Source of the DNA: Selaginella moellendorffii
Taxonomy: Eukaryota > Plantae > Lycopodiophyta
Direction: 5' to 3'
Assembly: GCF_000143415.4 (NCBI RefSeq)
Contig: NW_003314275.1
Span: 1,617,955-1,681,954, forward strand
Length of the DNA: 64,000 nucleotides
Under the pieces are notes generated by a model. It saw nothing but the letters and a program-made list of their open reading frames with translations, searched no databases and had not been told where the DNA came from. This document shows positions 59,713-64,000 of this stretch, in pieces. Each line of letters begins with the position of its first letter. Within the stretch, counting starts at the first letter, position 1. A program made the position numbers and the translations under genes.

Positions 59713-61257
59713 AAGTTTTTGCTCGCAAAATACATGGAGTGTTTTGATCGTTCTCAAATTATAAATGAAAATATAAAGGAAATATAACTACTAATGAGAG
59801 AGAGTGTGTGTTTCAAATAGGCTTGTTATTGCTAGTGTTATTGTTAATTATTACTGGTCAAGTGAGATCTGTTTCAGTAGTTGATTATGGCAATTCTCCA
59901 TTGTGCTGAGGATAAGATACAAATAATTAAATTATTAAAGAACATTAATAACTAAACTTCCACTATCATTGATAACCATCCATTAATTGTTTTGAATAAA
60001 AATATACATTATATATATCTAATTAAAAGTTATTTCAATTTTTTGTTGTATCTCTTTTACCACTATAGTAATAATTCTTCATTTATAAAAACCACTATAT
60101 TGACCATTTCTCCAGTTATTGCTTTTTGACAAGGTTTATTAAAAATAGAAGCTATAATTTATAGCAGCTAAAAATTTTAAAAATCTTATAAACCATACTA
60201 GATTGCTCAAGGGGTAAAATACCACAAAATTAAATTTACCTTAATATAAAAATATCAACATTAGTTGTATTCAATAATTTTACTCAAATAAGTAACTATT
60301 TAATTCACAAACTTCTATTAATTCCATTTATTGTTTGGAGTGTGGGTGGCGTTCAGCTCCGCCACACTAGTGTAAGAACTAGAGCAACTTAGGCACAAAT
60401 ACATGAGTTCAGTTTTTCTTTTTTGTTTTATCCCTCTGGTATTCACTTTAGCTTTGTGTTTAGTTTTGCTGTAAGCTGTGGCAACAAAGAGTGAGCTCAC
60501 CCATGACAATCCAGCTGCTGCAATCTACTCTTCTCTCCAACCTGCCAATGAGTGCCCACTCTTCTATTGGTAGAGAGTGAACTATTAACAAAAAATTTCC
60601 CAAAGAGTTTTGTGGAAGTTCAACTGCCTTACCCAACTATACATCTTTCTAGATAGGCTTGCTAGCCATAACCCACAACACACCTGAAGGAGCAGCTGAA
60701 TTGCACCGTGAGTGAGATCTTACTTGATTCTCTCTTAGGACATTTATAACACCACATGCCATGGTTTGAATTAAGATTTACCATGTACAATACTTTGCCA
60801 CCTTGACAGCTGTTGAAAGTGCTATTATAACATTAGACACAGGGACAACATAAAGTTTGCTTATATAATGTCATTATGTGGTGGCAATTGGATAGCAACA
60901 TTTAAAGAATAATTTAGAATAAAAATTGAGTTTTTGGTACTTTAGATTGCCATAGCACAATAGTCAAATTCTTAAACCCATAAATACTTATAATCCACTT
61001 TTCTCTCCAGCCCACTAATTGCCACCCATGCTTTAGCACACTTCCATTAGCAGAAAGTGAACATCAACAAGAAATTTCTAAACATTATGTCAACCGACCC
61101 TCCCTATTAGCAGCAGAGATAGATAGACTCACTAGTTTATTAGTCCTAAAGTTAAAGGTTTGATGCATAGAGAATATACTTAAAAATATAGACCGTTGAT
61201 CTGCTTACGACCGTTTGATTGAAGCTCACTTTTTAGGGCTTTGGGAAACAGGAGCTC

Positions 61258-63037
<1,780 letters not shown>

Positions 63038-63166
63038 AGTCGCGACCAAGAATTTTGTATGCTAAGAAACCAAAGTTTTAATAAACTTTCTCTTCATTTC
63101 CGAAGAAAGTTTGTGTAGTATCAATGGTGGGTTAGAAAGAATGTATGGCAAATAAATCAGTGTGTG

Positions 63167-64000
63167 TTAGTCCCACATGAGCTGCTGCTGCTGCTGCTGG
63201 TAGAGATCCGGGAGCTCGTCTCGGTTGTAGAGGCACGGGTAGCAATTGAGCTGCGTGGTGGACGGCGAGTTTAGAGCCGGGATCATCTCACCTTGAAACA
63301 TGAGAGCCAAGTTAGCCGGGTGATTCAAGCCGCTGCTGTAACTTAAAAGGTTTACAGGCACGGGGATGAGCTCCGGCGGTGGCCCCGGCATCTGCGACTC
63401 GAGCTCCAGCAGCGCGTAGAAATCCTCGTCCGGGTACACCAATCCACCCCCTGGAAGTTCACCAAAGTGAGAGCTTTATCACAGCGATCGATCAGATAAA
63501 ACTAGCAACCAGAGAGCAAGAGAACTGTGAATCAATCGAAGCAAACTAGAACGAGTGGCCGGAGGATGAAAGAATCAAGAAAACTAGGGAATCAATCACT
63601 CGAGAAACTCACGAACTTACGGAAGGTGGTGGCGGTGGTGGTTTGCTCCACCTGGTCCTCGTCCCACACCTCGAAGAGCCTCAGCTGATAGATTCCTTCC
63701 TCGTTGGCGGCGCTGGATTTGCCGTAGACCAGCGGCTGCTCGTCCGGGGAGTGGTGATCGTGATCGCGCTGGGCTTGATGGTCTTGGTGGAACAAGACAT
63801 CACGCAAGAAGTTGCCGCCGCCGCCGCTCCCACCGCTGTTGGATCCATAGCTCTCGCTCGTGGATTCCGGCTGGCTTTGCTGCTGGTGCTGCTGGTTGAT
63901 CTGCTCGAGAAGACGGTGGTGGTGATAAGCAGCGGCAAAGTCGTCGTGATGGTCATCGCCTCGAGCTCCATCGTCGTTGTAGTAGGACGAGGTGGCGATC
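63167..64000 (-). CDS. 3' part of an unidentified gene with a His/Gln/Ser-rich low-complexity region (transcription-factor-like); starts beyond the window
   Basis: Open frame from the window edge to a donor at ~63620, spliced to GGLVYPDEDFYALLELESQMPGPPPELIPVP...QQQQQQLMWD*. Confidence 0.65.

Noticed and set aside
60318-60800. Exon-like patch with possible splice signals
   Set aside because: Stops in candidate frames and no recognisable homology

Overview
Eukaryotic land-plant nuclear DNA, gene-dense with very short (about 43-80 nt) GT-AG introns. This is consistent with a compact lycophyte genome such as Selaginella, which is my inference and not verified. The window holds about 25 protein genes: NPF transporter, organellar ClpB plus a decayed tandem copy, two tau GSTs, class-3 lipase, HD-Zip I, SRT2, SRC2-like C2 protein, glutaredoxin-like and thioredoxin-like proteins, Arg-rich H1/protamine-like protein, ABCG half-transporter, VIPP1, CHLM, SMO2, Smr-domain protein, MAN1-like, a divergent TrpRS paralog, NCS1, CYSTM, a kinase fusion, a tandem-WWE protein, CASP-like, MGST3 and ADSS. 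It also has two tRNAs (Cys-GCA, Gly-CCC), a decayed Ty3/gypsy element with gag and pol on opposite strands, and an AT-rich inverted-repeat element. There are two 100-N assembly gaps (4745-4844, 52761-52860). Most notable: (1) an intact 10-exon cytosolic-type TrpRS paralog with its catalytic motifs replaced but its anticodon-binding end conserved; (2) a protein made only of tandem WWE domains; (3) a sperm protamine-like H1 derivative; (4) a kinase-Ig-PH fusion; (5) head-to-tail genes only 57-122 bp apart. All exon structures were spliced by hand and homologies were recognised from remembered motifs, not database searches.
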